From the NCBI GenBank assembly GCA_010031735.1, contig RGZB01000003.1:2259-66258 (forward strand): a DNA stretch of 64,000 nt, in the 5' to 3' direction. The translations under genes and the position numbers were made by a program. Numbering within the stretch: the stretch's first letter is position 1; every line of letters starts with the position of its first letter. Shown here one piece after another: positions 1 to 9,749 of this stretch. Under the pieces are notes generated by a model, which saw only the letters and a list, made by a program, of their open reading frames with translations, was not told the origin of the DNA and did no database searches. Source of the DNA: Pseudomonadota bacterium (GTDB lineage: Bacteria > Pseudomonadota > Alphaproteobacteria > Rickettsiales > RGZB01).

Positions 1-41
1 CCGCCTGCTTGGTCTTGAAGAGTTTCGATTTGCTGACTGCC

Positions 42-1295
42 TTACTCACCGCGTACCCCCTCCGCTGGCGAGATGTTCGCTGCACGCCATGCAGGATAAA
101 GTGTTGCGAGGAACGATAGCACGAGCGCCATGCCCACCACTGCAATCACATCATCGGCTTGCACTTCGGCCGGTAATTTAGAGAGGAAATAAATCTCTGC
201 AGAGAATAACTCTGTATTGGTCAATTTCTCGAGTGCACGTTTGATCGTGTCGATATTGAGTGAGAAAGTGAGACCGAGCACAAATCCGAGGAATGTGCCC
301 ATCACGCCAATCGAAGATCCGCACAGGAAGAATATCCGCATCACCGAACCGCGGCTTGCACCCATGGTGCGCATGATCGCGATTGCGCGGGCTTTATCCT
401 TCACCAGCATGATCATGCTGGAGATGATGTTGAATGCCGCCACCACGATGATGAGTGCCAGAATCAGGAACATCACATTCCGCTCCACTTGCAGCGAGTT
501 GAAGAAATGCACGTTCATCTGCTTCCAGTCGCTCACGATGTACTCACGCTGGAACATCGTCTCGATTTTCTTTGCCACCTCATCCGTGTGGTTCGGATCG
601 TTCACCATCAATTCAATGAGATTCACCGCATCCGGCGATTTGAAATAGAGCTGTCCCGCTTCAAGCGGCATGAAGACATAGCCTGAATCATATTCATACA
701 TACCCACATCAAACAGTGCGATGACGCGGTACTCCTTGAGCCTCGGCACAACACCTACGAATGTCTCCGTAGTTTTTGGTGCGATAAGCGTAATATAATC
801 CCCGACCCGCAACCCCATCGAACGCGCCATGCGTGCGCCGATGATGACGGTATCTAGGCCGTGGAATTCGTTGATATTGCCCTCGACGATCTTGGTCGAG
901 ACCATGGTACGCGCCATGAGATCTTTATCCCGCATCACTTTCACCACCGCACCGGTAGAAGAACCGTTTGCGGTGGCCATCACCTGCCCTTCGATGACGG
1001 GAGCGGCGTATTTCACGCCAGGAATGGTTTTCAGTTTTTCAACCAGCGCGTCATAATCCGTCATCGGCTGGCCATAGCGTGACACCGACATATGCGCATT
1101 GATGCCGAGGATGCGCCCAAGTAATTCGGCACGGAAACCGTTCATCACCGCCATGACGATGATAAGCGTTGCAACGCCGAGCATGATGCCCATCAACGAG
1201 AATCCTGCAATCACCGAAATGAAACCTTCTTTGCGGCGACTACGCAGGTAGCGCCAGGCCAGAAGTCGTTCAAATGCGTTGAAGGGCATCGCCAT
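42..1295 (-). CDS. lolC: Lipoprotein-releasing ABC transporter permease, LolC/LolE family
   Basis: 417-aa ORF. The N-terminus FERLLAWRYLRSRRKEGFISVIAGFS is typical of LolC/E. A periplasmic middle domain is followed by a C-terminal FtsX-type TM bundle. The start shares 1 nt with the proS stop. Confidence 0.85.
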   Translation of the reverse strand: MAMPFNAFERLLAWRYLRSRRKEGFISVIAGFSLMGIMLGVATLIIVMAVMNGFRAELLGRILGINAHMSVSRYGQPMTDYDALVEKLKTIPGVKYAAPVIEGQVMATANGSSTGAVVKVMRDKDLMARTMVSTKIVEGNINEFHGLDTVIIGARMARSMGLRVGDYITLIAPKTTETFVGVVPRLKEYRVIALFDVGMYEYDSGYVFMPLEAGQLYFKSPDAVNLIELMVNDPNHTDEVAKKIETMFQREYIVSDWKQMNVHFFNSLQVERNVMFLILALIIVVAAFNIISSMIMLVKDKARAIAIMRTMGASRGSVMRIFFLCGSSIGVMGTFLGFVLGLTFSLNIDTIKRALEKLTNTELFSAEIYFLSKLPAEVQADDVIAVVGMALVLSFLATLYPAWRAANISPAEGVRGE

Positions 1296-2581
1296 TATTT
1301 ACCCATGATCTTGTTCATTGCGGCTTCTGCGGAAATCTCATGCTTCTCACCCGTCTTGCGGTTCTTCAGTTCCACCGTGCCTGCCGTAACACCACGGGGC
1401 CCGAATGCGGCTTGCCACGGCAGACCAATCAGATCCATGGTCGCGAATTTCGCACCAGCGCTTTCTTTGCGATCATCGTAAAGCACCGTAACGCCTGCGG
1501 TCTCGAGTTTCTTATACATTTCCTCGGAAGCCCTATCGCACGCTTCATCACCCTGCCGCAGATTGACGACACCGACTTTGAACGGTGCCACTGCTTCCGG
1601 CCAGATGATGCCGGATTTATCATGGCTCGCTTCGATGATCGTGCCTGCCAAGCGTGAGACACCGATGCCGTAGCAACCCATCTCCGGCACAACTTCCTTA
1701 CCGTCCGCACCCAGCACTTTTGCACCCATCGCAGCAGAATATTTGGTACCAAGATAGAAGATATGTCCGACCTCAATACCGCGACCCTGTTTTAGGTTCT
1801 CCGGCTTCACCGGGCAATTCGCTGCATCGTGTTTTTCATCTGCGGCTGAATAAAGTTTGCGCATCGCCTCTACATCCGGTTGGTCCGCTGCAATCAGGGC
1901 TTCGAATGCTTTATCATAGTAAAGTGCACTCTCACCGGTTTCTGCGAGTACTTGGAATTCATGGGAAAGATCGCCACCGATTGGCCCCGTATCCGCCTGC
2001 ACGGGAATCGCCTTTAGACCCATACGGCTGAAGATGCGCAGATAGGCACGGTACATGTTGATATAGGTCTCTTCCGCCGATGCCTTATCCGTGTGGAAGG
2101 AATAGGAGTCCTTCATCAGGAATTCACGGCCACGCATCACACCGAAACGTGGGCGAATCTCATCGCGGAACTTCCATTGGATCTGGTACATGTTGAGCGG
2201 CAGTTCACGGTAGCTCTTCACGTTTTTGCGGAAGATATCGGTGATGACCTCTTCATGGGTCGGCCCGTAGATCAACGTGCGCTCATGGCGGTCGACTGCT
2301 TTCAGTGTTTCCGCACCATAGCCCCCACGACCCGATTCCTGCCAGAGTTCAATCGGTTGCATGGTCGGCATGATGAGCTCTAAAGCACCCGTGCGATCCA
2401 TCTCCTCGCGGATGATCTGTTGGATATTACGGAGCACGCGCAGCCCCAGTGGCAACCAGTTGTAATTTCCTGCAGAAAGCTGACGGATCATACCTGCGCG
2501 GAGCATCAATTTATGGGAGACAACCTGTGCTTCAGAGGGATCTTCTTTGAGAACGGGGAGAAAATATCGGCTACTACGCAT
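1295..2581 (-). CDS. proS: Prolyl-tRNA synthetase (short alphaproteobacterial type, no INS editing domain)
   Basis: 428-aa ORF with class II motif 2-like [21 protein letters not shown] and motif 3-like [12 protein letters not shown], plus a C-terminal anticodon-binding region. Confidence 0.92.
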   Translation of the reverse strand: MRSSRYFLPVLKEDPSEAQVVSHKLMLRAGMIRQLSAGNYNWLPLGLRVLRNIQQIIREEMDRTGALELIMPTMQPIELWQESGRGGYGAETLKAVDRHERTLIYGPTHEEVITDIFRKNVKSYRELPLNMYQIQWKFRDEIRPRFGVMRGREFLMKDSYSFHTDKASAEETYINMYRAYLRIFSRMGLKAIPVQADTGPIGGDLSHEFQVLAETGESALYYDKAFEALIAADQPDVEAMRKLYSAADEKHDAANCPVKPENLKQGRGIEVGHIFYLGTKYSAAMGAKVLGADGKEVVPEMGCYGIGVSRLAGTIIEASHDKSGIIWPEAVAPFKVGVVNLRQGDEACDRASEEMYKKLETAGVTVLYDDRKESAGAKFATMDLIGLPWQAAFGPRGVTAGTVELKNRKTGEKHEISAEAAMNKIMGK

Positions 2582-2656
2582 GCTATTAACGCTTCCTTAA
2601 GAAATGGTATCTATGATTGGTGTTTATAGTCATAAATCCGCACAAAGGAAAGAGCG

Positions 2657-3289
2657 ATGAGTACAAAGCTAACCGGCTGGCAGAAAATACAGAACGAACT
2701 TTCCCCGAACCGATTCGAGGTGGTACCGGGACTCGGCATATCCGTGGTTCTGCGTGACTATGGTGCCCGCACCTATCCGAGCGACCAGGACACCACCCGC
2801 TGCCAGATAATGTTTACACCGATCGAGCCGGCAGTTGCAGGAACCGAGGCGATTGAAACCGGTATCCACCGTGTACTCGCAAAAGCCTTGTTCAATCTTC
2901 TGCAGGATTTAGACCCGAAACCTACTCTGCAAACAGAAAGCGGCACGATAGGCGTCGTACTCACCAAGCAACAACTCAAAGTCGCCTCGCGCACCGATAA
3001 AAGCGAATTCGAATTCCACCTCGAGAATCAAGCGAAAGTACTCGCCGCAAAATACGGCAGTCTTGAGAAATTAGGCGAACTGCTCGAAGAGGCTGGCATC
3101 AAAGGGGCAAAACTCGTGGTGGCACTGATCGGACCGCGCATCGGTGAGATCGCCAAAACCGCAGAATCGCCGAAAAATGCCGAAAAACCTGGCTATGTCA
3201 ATAAGCGTCACGGTTGGGTAGACCAGACTGGCGGGACAACCAGCCGAGGCGGCAATGGTAAGGGCACCAGTGAGTGGGTACCAGGCTAA
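2657..3289 (+). CDS. Hypothetical protein (210 aa), no recognised family
   Basis: Clean ORF with ATG preceded by aaaggaaagag. Largely helical-looking, with a Gly/Thr/Ser-rich C-terminal tail. It ends 2 nt from the phaC stop. Confidence 0.55.
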   Translation: MSTKLTGWQKIQNELSPNRFEVVPGLGISVVLRDYGARTYPSDQDTTRCQIMFTPIEPAVAGTEAIETGIHRVLAKALFNLLQDLDPKPTLQTESGTIGVVLTKQQLKVASRTDKSEFEFHLENQAKVLAAKYGSLEKLGELLEEAGIKGAKLVVALIGPRIGEIAKTAESPKNAEKPGYVNKRHGWVDQTGGTTSRGGNGKGTSEWVPG

Positions 3290-3291
3290 TA

Positions 3292-5082
3292 CTAGCCCTT
3301 TACATAACTTCCTGGCGCATCTTCGATCGGATTCTTCGGCACACGCGCAGGTACTTTCTTGCCGACAAAGCCGGTGCTTTCAATCCAGCGCTGCCAATCT
3401 TCCCACCACGAGCCTTCATGCGGTGTGGATTTATCAAACCACTCATCCGGCGTCGCCGGCAACCGCTCGTTCGTCCAGTAACCGTATTTCTTTTTCACCG
3501 GTGGATTGACCACCCCTGCGATGTGGCCAGAACCCGAAAGCACGAAACGGATCGGACCCTTATAGATACTCGTCGCGGCATAGGTCGATTTCCAGGGCGC
3601 GATATGGTCACCTTGGGTGGATAACATGTAGGCAGGTGTTTTAATGTTCCTGAGGTCGATCGGCACACCGCACATGCTTAGCGCTTTCGGCTGCACCAGC
3701 TTATTCGTGAGATACATATTCCTTAAATAGAAACTGTGCATCGCTGCCGGCAGACGCGTGGAATCCATATTCCAGTAAAGCAGATCGAACGGGAATGGGT
3801 TTTTCCCCATGAGGTAGTTATTCACCACGAACGACCAGATGAGTTCGTTGGCGCGGAGCATATTGAAGGTGGTGGCCATCTTATCGCTTTCAAGATAGCC
3901 CTTCTTATTCATATGTTCTTCCATCTCGGATATCTGACCTTCATCAATGAAGGCACCGATTTCACCTGGCTCTGAGAAGTCGACGAGCGTTGTGAGATAG
4001 GTGATGGATTTTACCGAATCCGCCTGCTGTTTTGCAGTTAAGTACGCAAGTGCGCTTGCCATCAACGTGCCGCCGATGCAATAACCAATCACGTTGATTT
4101 GCTTCTCGCCGGTCGCTTTTTTTACCGCCTCGATGCCGTCGAGCGCACCTTCTTTCATATAATCTTCAAAACTTTTATTCGCGTGGCGTGCATCAGGATT
4201 CACCCAGGACGTGATGAATACCGTATGGCCTTTATCCACCAGCCATTTTACGAACGAATTCTCCGGCTGCATGTCCAGAATGTAGTACTTATTGATCCAC
4301 GGAGAAACGATCAGGAGCGGCGTTTCATACACTTCCTTCGTAGTAGGGGTGTACTGGATGATCTGCACAAGATCGTTTTGGAACACGACCTTACCCGGCG
4401 TCATCGCGATATTGCGACCGAGTGCAAAGGCATTCCTATCCGTCATGCTGATACGAAGAATACCATCGCTGGTTTTCATATCTTTCAGCAGGTTTTCCAT
4501 ACCTTTCACCAGGTTCTCACCGTTACTCTCTACGGTTTTTTTGAGTACTTCTGGATTGGTGAGTAAAAAATTGCTGGGAGAGATCGCGTCGATAAATTGG
4601 CGCGAGAAGAAATTCAATTTCTGCTGTGTCTTCGGGTCGATATCGTGCGCACTGGCGATGGTACGTTCCAAGGTGCTGCTAGTCAGCACGTACGACTGTT
4701 TCAGGAAATCGAACAGCACATGGTTCTGCCACGCTTCGTCTTTGAAGCGACGGTCTTTATCAGAAGGATTATAGAGCGGTGCCGCCGGATTGCCCATAAA
4801 ACGGAGTGAGGCATTCGCGGCAATGCGCGACATCTCGTAAAAATATTCCATTTGCATGCGGACGAATTCGGTTGGGTTCTCCATCAAGCGGTTCCAGAGG
4901 AAACCGAAGGCTTCACTGACACTCGAAGGAATGCTGGTGTAAATATCTTCCGGCTTTTCATGCATCACCATTTCGCTCGCCACCTCGCGGTAACATTCCA
5001 TGGCTTTCATGATATTTTCGGAGAATTTCTCGACGTCCAGAACGGGCGGATTCAGTTCCTTTGTACCTTGTTTTTCCTGCAT
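3292..5082 (-). CDS. phaC: Class I poly(3-hydroxyalkanoate) synthase
   Basis: 596-aa ORF with lipase-box variant GYCIGG. Size and an N-terminal region rich in W/F are typical of class I PhaC. Confidence 0.9.
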   Translation of the reverse strand: MQEKQGTKELNPPVLDVEKFSENIMKAMECYREVASEMVMHEKPEDIYTSIPSSVSEAFGFLWNRLMENPTEFVRMQMEYFYEMSRIAANASLRFMGNPAAPLYNPSDKDRRFKDEAWQNHVLFDFLKQSYVLTSSTLERTIASAHDIDPKTQQKLNFFSRQFIDAISPSNFLLTNPEVLKKTVESNGENLVKGMENLLKDMKTSDGILRISMTDRNAFALGRNIAMTPGKVVFQNDLVQIIQYTPTTKEVYETPLLIVSPWINKYYILDMQPENSFVKWLVDKGHTVFITSWVNPDARHANKSFEDYMKEGALDGIEAVKKATGEKQINVIGYCIGGTLMASALAYLTAKQQADSVKSITYLTTLVDFSEPGEIGAFIDEGQISEMEEHMNKKGYLESDKMATTFNMLRANELIWSFVVNNYLMGKNPFPFDLLYWNMDSTRLPAAMHSFYLRNMYLTNKLVQPKALSMCGVPIDLRNIKTPAYMLSTQGDHIAPWKSTYAATSIYKGPIRFVLSGSGHIAGVVNPPVKKKYGYWTNERLPATPDEWFDKSTPHEGSWWEDWQRWIESTGFVGKKVPARVPKNPIEDAPGSYVKG

Positions 5083-5167
5083 CGAGTTGCCTTATCGTGT
5101 TGAAAGTGCTACGGTAGCACCGTTTTGAATGACTCACAATTTAAATGCGTCTAGTCTAAAGGTTTAT

Positions 5168-5605
5168 ATGCGCCGCACTCTTTGCCTGCTTGCCACCCTT
5201 GCTTCACTCAGTGCATGTTCATGGGCAGACAATCTGGGTAAAAGCATGCCGACGTATGGCAAACCTTGCGAAGGGTATTTCTGCATTATGGGCGATGATA
5301 GCAGCCCCAAGCCGCAAAGCTCCGGCTCTTCCGGTCGTTACTCTCCTTCTGGTTCGACGTATGGATCCACTCCTTCTTATGGTTCTACACCGCCCTCTTA
5401 TGGCTCTACAACACCTTCGTATGGCTCTGCTCCGTCTTACGGCGCGGGCTCTTATGGTGCAGGCAATTCTGCGCCGCCGCCGATGCCCGCTCCGCCGCCA
5501 TACGGTACCCGTCCGCCGATGCCGGCAGGTTCTACGCCTGGTGTAGCGCAGCCTTACGGTGAGCCGTCACCTTATGGCACCACTCCGGGATATCCCGCAC
5601 GCTAA
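5168..5605 (+). CDS. Putative lipoprotein with Ser/Tyr/Gly/Pro-rich repeats
   Basis: From ATG 5168 the protein begins MRRTLCLLATLASLSAC, a canonical lipobox L-S-A-C. The body consists of reiterated (T/S)PSYGS units and a Pro-rich tail. The ORF track starts at 5129, but the signal peptide fits the internal Met. Confidence 0.7.
   Translation: MRRTLCLLATLASLSACSWADNLGKSMPTYGKPCEGYFCIMGDDSSPKPQSSGSSGRYSPSGSTYGSTPSYGSTPPSYGSTTPSYGSAPSYGAGSYGAGNSAPPPMPAPPPYGTRPPMPAGSTPGVAQPYGEPSPYGTTPGYPAR
5357..5463 (+). repeat. Degenerate in-frame tandem repeats encoding xPSYGS units
   Basis: Translated TYGSTPSYGSTPPSYGSTTPSYGSAPSYGAGSYGAG, with period about 18-21 nt. Confidence 0.7.
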
Positions 5606-5685
5606 TCCCACTTACACATTGTAATAGCGCTCGAATTTCGGTAGAATACCTGCAAGTAGCGGGTATATAAATCAGGTAGATACAT

Positions 5686-7170
5686 ATGAAACACCGTGTA
5701 AAGAACTTAGCCTTGGCTTTTGTTTTGGGTGGCGTGCTTTTCTCTGCTTCCAGTGCATGCACACGCTTTGACATCACCAAAGCCCCACTGTACGACGATG
5801 TGCTCGTGGAAGAACCCTACAAAGAAACCGGTCCTCGCCGCTTCCCGTCGGACAATCCGTCACAGCTGCCGCCGAACTACCGCAAACCCGTATTCAACAA
5901 CGATCTTCGTGATAAGCAACGCGCCGCGTATGCGACCGCACCCACCGGTCCGGTGGATGTAAGGCCGCGTTTGCTCGAACAACCTACACCGCCGGCAGGT
6001 TATTCACCGCCGCCGTATCCACAACTGAATACGGTGCCACCAAACGCGCCGTATCCGCAAATGATACAGGGTGCACAAGCAACACAATCCGAACTCACGA
6101 AAGCACGTGATGCGGCACAAGGCACGATGCCGGCACCGGGTATGATGCCACCGCCAGGTGCAATGCCTCCTCCGGGTGCAATGCCGCCGCCGGGCGCACC
6201 ACTCCCGCCACCGGGAACGCCAGGATTCCCACCGCCGCCTCCGGGTATGATGGCTCCACCGCCACCGCCGCCAGGCATGGCACCACCACCGGGCATGCCG
6301 GCATTACCAGGCTCGACGGGCGGCTATGTGCCAAAACCGAGTGGGTCACTTGAATTCGATAAACCGAAAGCTACCAAGCGTATCGAGCTTGCCGCGAACT
6401 TCGAGCCAGGAATACCGCCGCCTGTGTTATTTGATGGGGAGGCTGAAGCCGACCTCACTCCTAGTGCAGGTGCCGAGCCTGCTTCTACTATGCCCGCCGC
6501 TTCCCAAAATAATCTAACTGCCAATTCCCTCCCCTACGTTCTTCCTGTGCCGGCCCCACTCGAAGCACCCAGCCTGCTTCCGAAACCGCTGCCCCCAGAA
6601 CCGGTAGCGACGAACGCGCCACCGCAAAATACCCGTCCGCTCAATGCCCCGCCGGTTGACCCGAAGGGCTTTATGTCGGTCGATAACGATCCCACTCCTC
6701 GCGATAATACACCCGAGCCTGTTGGCTTATCGGGCGTTCCTTTCCCGAACGTCCCGCCGGATCAACCCTTCGTAGAGGGCCCGGAAGAAGAGGTGACCGC
6801 GTATTACGATGGCCCTGAGTTCGTTCCGCCCGATGTACCAGAGCTGAATGCGAAAGAAAAAACCCATGAGTTTGGTCGCCCACAACCGGGTGGCCCGGAT
6901 GGCTCCCACTCGACTGAAATGAACCAGGTGGGTTATGGGGATGATCCGGATTTATACAATGAAGAACCCTTCCAGCTGAAGCCATTTGAATATAACAACG
7001 CACCGAAAGTGAACCGTCCGGTATTCAAATTCGAGCAGAAGAAAGTGACCCGACTGAAGAAGCGCAACCACGAAACCACCTTCATCCCGGAATACCGTTA
7101 TACCGACCCGAAAATCGGTGGCCCGACGGATAGTGACTATTACGGCTACAATTACTTCCAGAATCGCTAG
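5686..7170 (+). CDS. Secreted or lipid-anchored proline-rich protein (494 aa) with polyproline-Gly-Met tract
   Basis: N-terminus MKHRVKNLALAFVLGGVLFSASSAC is a signal peptide with a non-canonical lipobox or SPase I site. The central tract is PPPGAMPPPGAMPPPGAPLPPPGTPGFPPPPPGMMAPPPPPPGMAPPPGMP, and the rest of the protein is Pro-rich throughout. Confidence 0.7.
   Translation: MKHRVKNLALAFVLGGVLFSASSACTRFDITKAPLYDDVLVEEPYKETGPRRFPSDNPSQLPPNYRKPVFNNDLRDKQRAAYATAPTGPVDVRPRLLEQPTPPAGYSPPPYPQLNTVPPNAPYPQMIQGAQATQSELTKARDAAQGTMPAPGMMPPPGAMPPPGAMPPPGAPLPPPGTPGFPPPPPGMMAPPPPPPGMAPPPGMPALPGSTGGYVPKPSGSLEFDKPKATKRIELAANFEPGIPPPVLFDGEAEADLTPSAGAEPASTMPAASQNNLTANSLPYVLPVPAPLEAPSLLPKPLPPEPVATNAPPQNTRPLNAPPVDPKGFMSVDNDPTPRDNTPEPVGLSGVPFPNVPPDQPFVEGPEEEVTAYYDGPEFVPPDVPELNAKEKTHEFGRPQPGGPDGSHSTEMNQVGYGDDPDLYNEEPFQLKPFEYNNAPKVNRPVFKFEQKKVTRLKKRNHETTFIPEYRYTDPKIGGPTDSDYYGYNYFQNR
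6145..6198 (+). repeat. Three tandem 18-bp units (ATGCCnCCnCCnGGyGCA) encoding MPPPGA x3
   Basis: The units are atgccaccgccaggtgca, atgcctcctccgggtgca and atgccgccgccgggcgca, read directly from the sequence. Confidence 0.9.
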
Positions 7171-7220
7171 AAAATCCTTGATATTCTCTGCAATCTGCCT
7201 ACAAAGGAATAAACCCCTTT

Positions 7221-8438
7221 TTGTTAGCGTTTAATACCATGCCAAGAGAGTTCCAGCGTATCAAGAATCTGCCCCCCTATGTTTTCGCCGAAGTGAATAA
7301 AATCAAGGCGGAGGCAAGAAAGGCCGGGAAGGACATCATCGATTTCGGCATGGGTAACCCCGATTCGCCGACCCCACAGCATATCGTCGATAAGCTGAAG
7401 GAAGCGTCAAGCGATCCGCGTACGCACCGCTATTCGCTTTCGGTGGGTATTCCTGGTTTGCGTAAGGCAAAAGCGGCCTATTACGAGCGCCGCTTCGGCG
7501 TCACCCTCGATCCGGAAACGGAAGTGATCGTTACCATCGGTTCCAAAGAAGGCCTCTCTTCGCTTGCGACTGCAATCAGCAAACCGGGCGACACCATTAT
7601 CGTGCCAAACCCGCACTATCCAATCCACGCATTCGGGTTCACCATCGTCGGCGCGAAAGTGAAATACATCAATAAGAATTTCTCTCTTACACCGAAAGAG
7701 CGTGATCAGGATTTCCTGAAGCAGCTGAAAAAGATTGTCGAGAAATCGAAAACCAAGCCGCTTGCTGTCATCGTGAACTATCCGTGTAACCCGACGGCAG
7801 AGACCACGACGCTCGCATTCTACGAAGAGCTCGTCGACTTCTGCCATTACCACGATATCCTCATCATCTCCGATCTCGCCTACAACGAACTCTATTTCGA
7901 TGGCAACCCGCCGCCTTCCATCCTGCAGGTGAAGAAAGCCCGCGATATCGCGATCGAATTCACCACCATGAGTAAAACCTATTCCATGGCGGGCTGGCGT
8001 GTCGGTTTCGCGGTCGGCAATAAAGATATCATCTACGCGCTCAAGCGTATCAAGTCCTATCTGGATTACGGTGCATTCGCTCCTGTGCAGATCGCAGCGA
8101 CCGCCGCATTGAACGGCCCGCAGAAATGTGTCGAGGATCTGCGTAAACTCTACAAAGAGCGCCGTGATGTGCTGGTAAAAGGCCTGAATGATGCAGGTTG
8201 GCCGGTAGAAGCGCCACCGGCTTCCATGTTCGTATGGGCGAAGATTCCTGATAAATTCCTGCATATGGGTTCGGTCGAGTTCTCGAAAAAACTCATCACC
8301 GATGCGGAAGCAGCAGTGGCACCAGGCCTTGGCTTTGGTGAAAACGGCGATGAATATGTCCGTATCGCATTGATCGAGAACCTGCAGCGCTCCAAACAGG
8401 CTATCCGCAACATCAAACATATGATTCAAAAAGGCTAG
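7221..8438 (+). CDS. alaC: Class I PLP aminotransferase, AlaC-like (alanine / LL-DAP aminotransferase-like)
   Basis: Collinear by eye with E. coli AlaC/YfdZ: LPPYVF, DIIDFGMGNPD, VTIGSKEG, NYPCNPT, the SK motif TMSKTYSMAGWRVGF, and RIALIEN. The track start is TTG 7221; ATG 7239 (MPREFQRI) is an alternative start. Confidence 0.85.
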   Translation: MLAFNTMPREFQRIKNLPPYVFAEVNKIKAEARKAGKDIIDFGMGNPDSPTPQHIVDKLKEASSDPRTHRYSLSVGIPGLRKAKAAYYERRFGVTLDPETEVIVTIGSKEGLSSLATAISKPGDTIIVPNPHYPIHAFGFTIVGAKVKYINKNFSLTPKERDQDFLKQLKKIVEKSKTKPLAVIVNYPCNPTAETTTLAFYEELVDFCHYHDILIISDLAYNELYFDGNPPPSILQVKKARDIAIEFTTMSKTYSMAGWRVGFAVGNKDIIYALKRIKSYLDYGAFAPVQIAATAALNGPQKCVEDLRKLYKERRDVLVKGLNDAGWPVEAPPASMFVWAKIPDKFLHMGSVEFSKKLITDAEAAVAPGLGFGENGDEYVRIALIENLQRSKQAIRNIKHMIQKG

Positions 8439-8441
8439 GCC

Positions 8442-9740
8442 GTGAAAGCAGTAAGCAAACCCCTGCGTATCGCGATCGCCGGCCTTGGCACCGTGGGTGC
8501 GGGCACCTTCTCGATCCTTACTTCAAAATCGCAACTCTTACAAAAACGCGCGGGTAAATCCATCGAGGTGGCCGCAGTCTCTGCACGCAGTAAGGCGAAA
8601 AAGCGCAATGTAAAGCTCAACAAGACCAAATGGGTGAATGACGCACTTTCCCTTGCCTCCATGAAAGAGGTGGATGTTGTTGTTGAACTCATCGGTGGCG
8701 CAAGCGGCGTTGCATATGAACTCTGCAAGACCGCCCTTAAGAACAAGAAATCCGTTGTGACAGCGAATAAAGCAATGATCGCAGCGCACGGTTTGGAGCT
8801 TGCGACACTCGCAGAAAAGAACGGTGTAAAGTTACTCTGCGAAGCAGCAGTGGCGGGCGGTATACCACTCCTTAAATCCATCCGCGAAGGTTTGGCAGGC
8901 AATACCATTTCCCGCGTGGCCGGCATCTTAAACGGCACTTGCAACTATATCCTGACCGCCATGGATGAAGAAAAACGTAGCTTCGATGACGTACTCAAGG
9001 AAGCACAAAAATTAGGTTATGCAGAGGCCGACCCAAGCTTTGATATCGACGGCATCGATGCCTCCCACAAACTCTCGATTTTAACCGCCCTTGCTTTCGG
9101 TTGCCCGGTGAATATGAAGGCCATGAGTGTCGAAGGCATTACGAAGATCACACTCTCCGATATCGCATATGCCGGCGAGCTCGGCTACAAAATCCGCCTG
9201 CTTGGCATCACGGAACAAACCAAACACGGTATCTTGCAGCGCGTCCATCCCGCGATGATTCCGCTATCCTCCCCGATTTCGCGTGTGCGCGGCGTACTGA
9301 ATGCGGCTACGATCTCTACCGACTCACTTGGCAACCTTTTCCTGGAAGGTGCCGGTGCGGGTGCAGGCCCCACTGCTTCCGCAGTGGTCGCCGATATCGT
9401 GGATATCGCAGCAGGCCGTGGCACCAACACATTCAATATCCCTGCGTCAGAACTCAAGGCCGGTAAATTCACTGATATCAAACATCGTACGGGTGCTTAC
9501 TATCTTCGCCTCACCGTAGCAGATAAGGCTGGCGTACTTTCCGCGATCACCAAGGTCCTGAGCAAAGAGAAGATCAGTGTCGAAACGCTGCTGCAGCCCG
9601 CAGCGCAAGGCGGGAAACGCGCAGAGATCATCATCATCACCCACACTACCACCGAAGCCGCTATGGAAAAAGCGCTTCACAAGATGCGCAAAATGGCGCA
9701 TATCGTAGAACAACCGCAACGCATTCGTATCGAAGCATAA
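8442..9740 (+). CDS. hom: Homoserine dehydrogenase
   Basis: 432-aa ORF with N-terminal Rossmann motif IAIAGLGTVGAG, a central catalytic domain and a C-terminal ACT-like domain (YYLRLTVADKAGVLSAITKVL). Confidence 0.9.
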   Translation: MKAVSKPLRIAIAGLGTVGAGTFSILTSKSQLLQKRAGKSIEVAAVSARSKAKKRNVKLNKTKWVNDALSLASMKEVDVVVELIGGASGVAYELCKTALKNKKSVVTANKAMIAAHGLELATLAEKNGVKLLCEAAVAGGIPLLKSIREGLAGNTISRVAGILNGTCNYILTAMDEEKRSFDDVLKEAQKLGYAEADPSFDIDGIDASHKLSILTALAFGCPVNMKAMSVEGITKITLSDIAYAGELGYKIRLLGITEQTKHGILQRVHPAMIPLSSPISRVRGVLNAATISTDSLGNLFLEGAGAGAGPTASAVVADIVDIAAGRGTNTFNIPASELKAGKFTDIKHRTGAYYLRLTVADKAGVLSAITKVLSKEKISVETLLQPAAQGGKRAEIIIITHTTTEAAMEKALHKMRKMAHIVEQPQRIRIEA

Positions 9741-9749
9741 GGTAGACAT

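Noticed and set aside
1-49. Possible 5' end of lolD on the minus strand. A GTG at 49-47 overlaps the lolC stop and reads MSKAVSKSKLFKTKQA....
   Set aside because: Only 16 codons are visible and they carry no ABC ATPase motif. A lolD here would fit the expected gene order, but it cannot be supported from this fragment.
5129-5167. Upstream-extended starts given by the ORF track for several genes: 5129, 18356, 22327, 26196, 47220, 50925, 53553 and 56919.
   Set aside because: In each case an internal ATG fits better. Depending on the gene, the internal start gives a proper signal peptide, a better match to the expected family N-terminus or a better RBS, or it removes an implausible overlap with a neighbouring gene or structure. 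The extensions often begin with TTG or GTG.
7407-8429. Long antisense or alternative-frame ORFs inside well-identified genes. These include 7407-8429(-), 41177-42121(+), 28021-28725(+), 36223-36912(-), 49822-50499(-), 46227-47123(-), 48653-49519(-), 26169-26768(-) and 10233-10859(-).
   Set aside because: Each lies fully within a gene whose sense-strand product has clear family motifs. Their compositions (Arg/His/Cys/Phe-rich) are typical of out-of-frame reading of GC-biased coding sequence.
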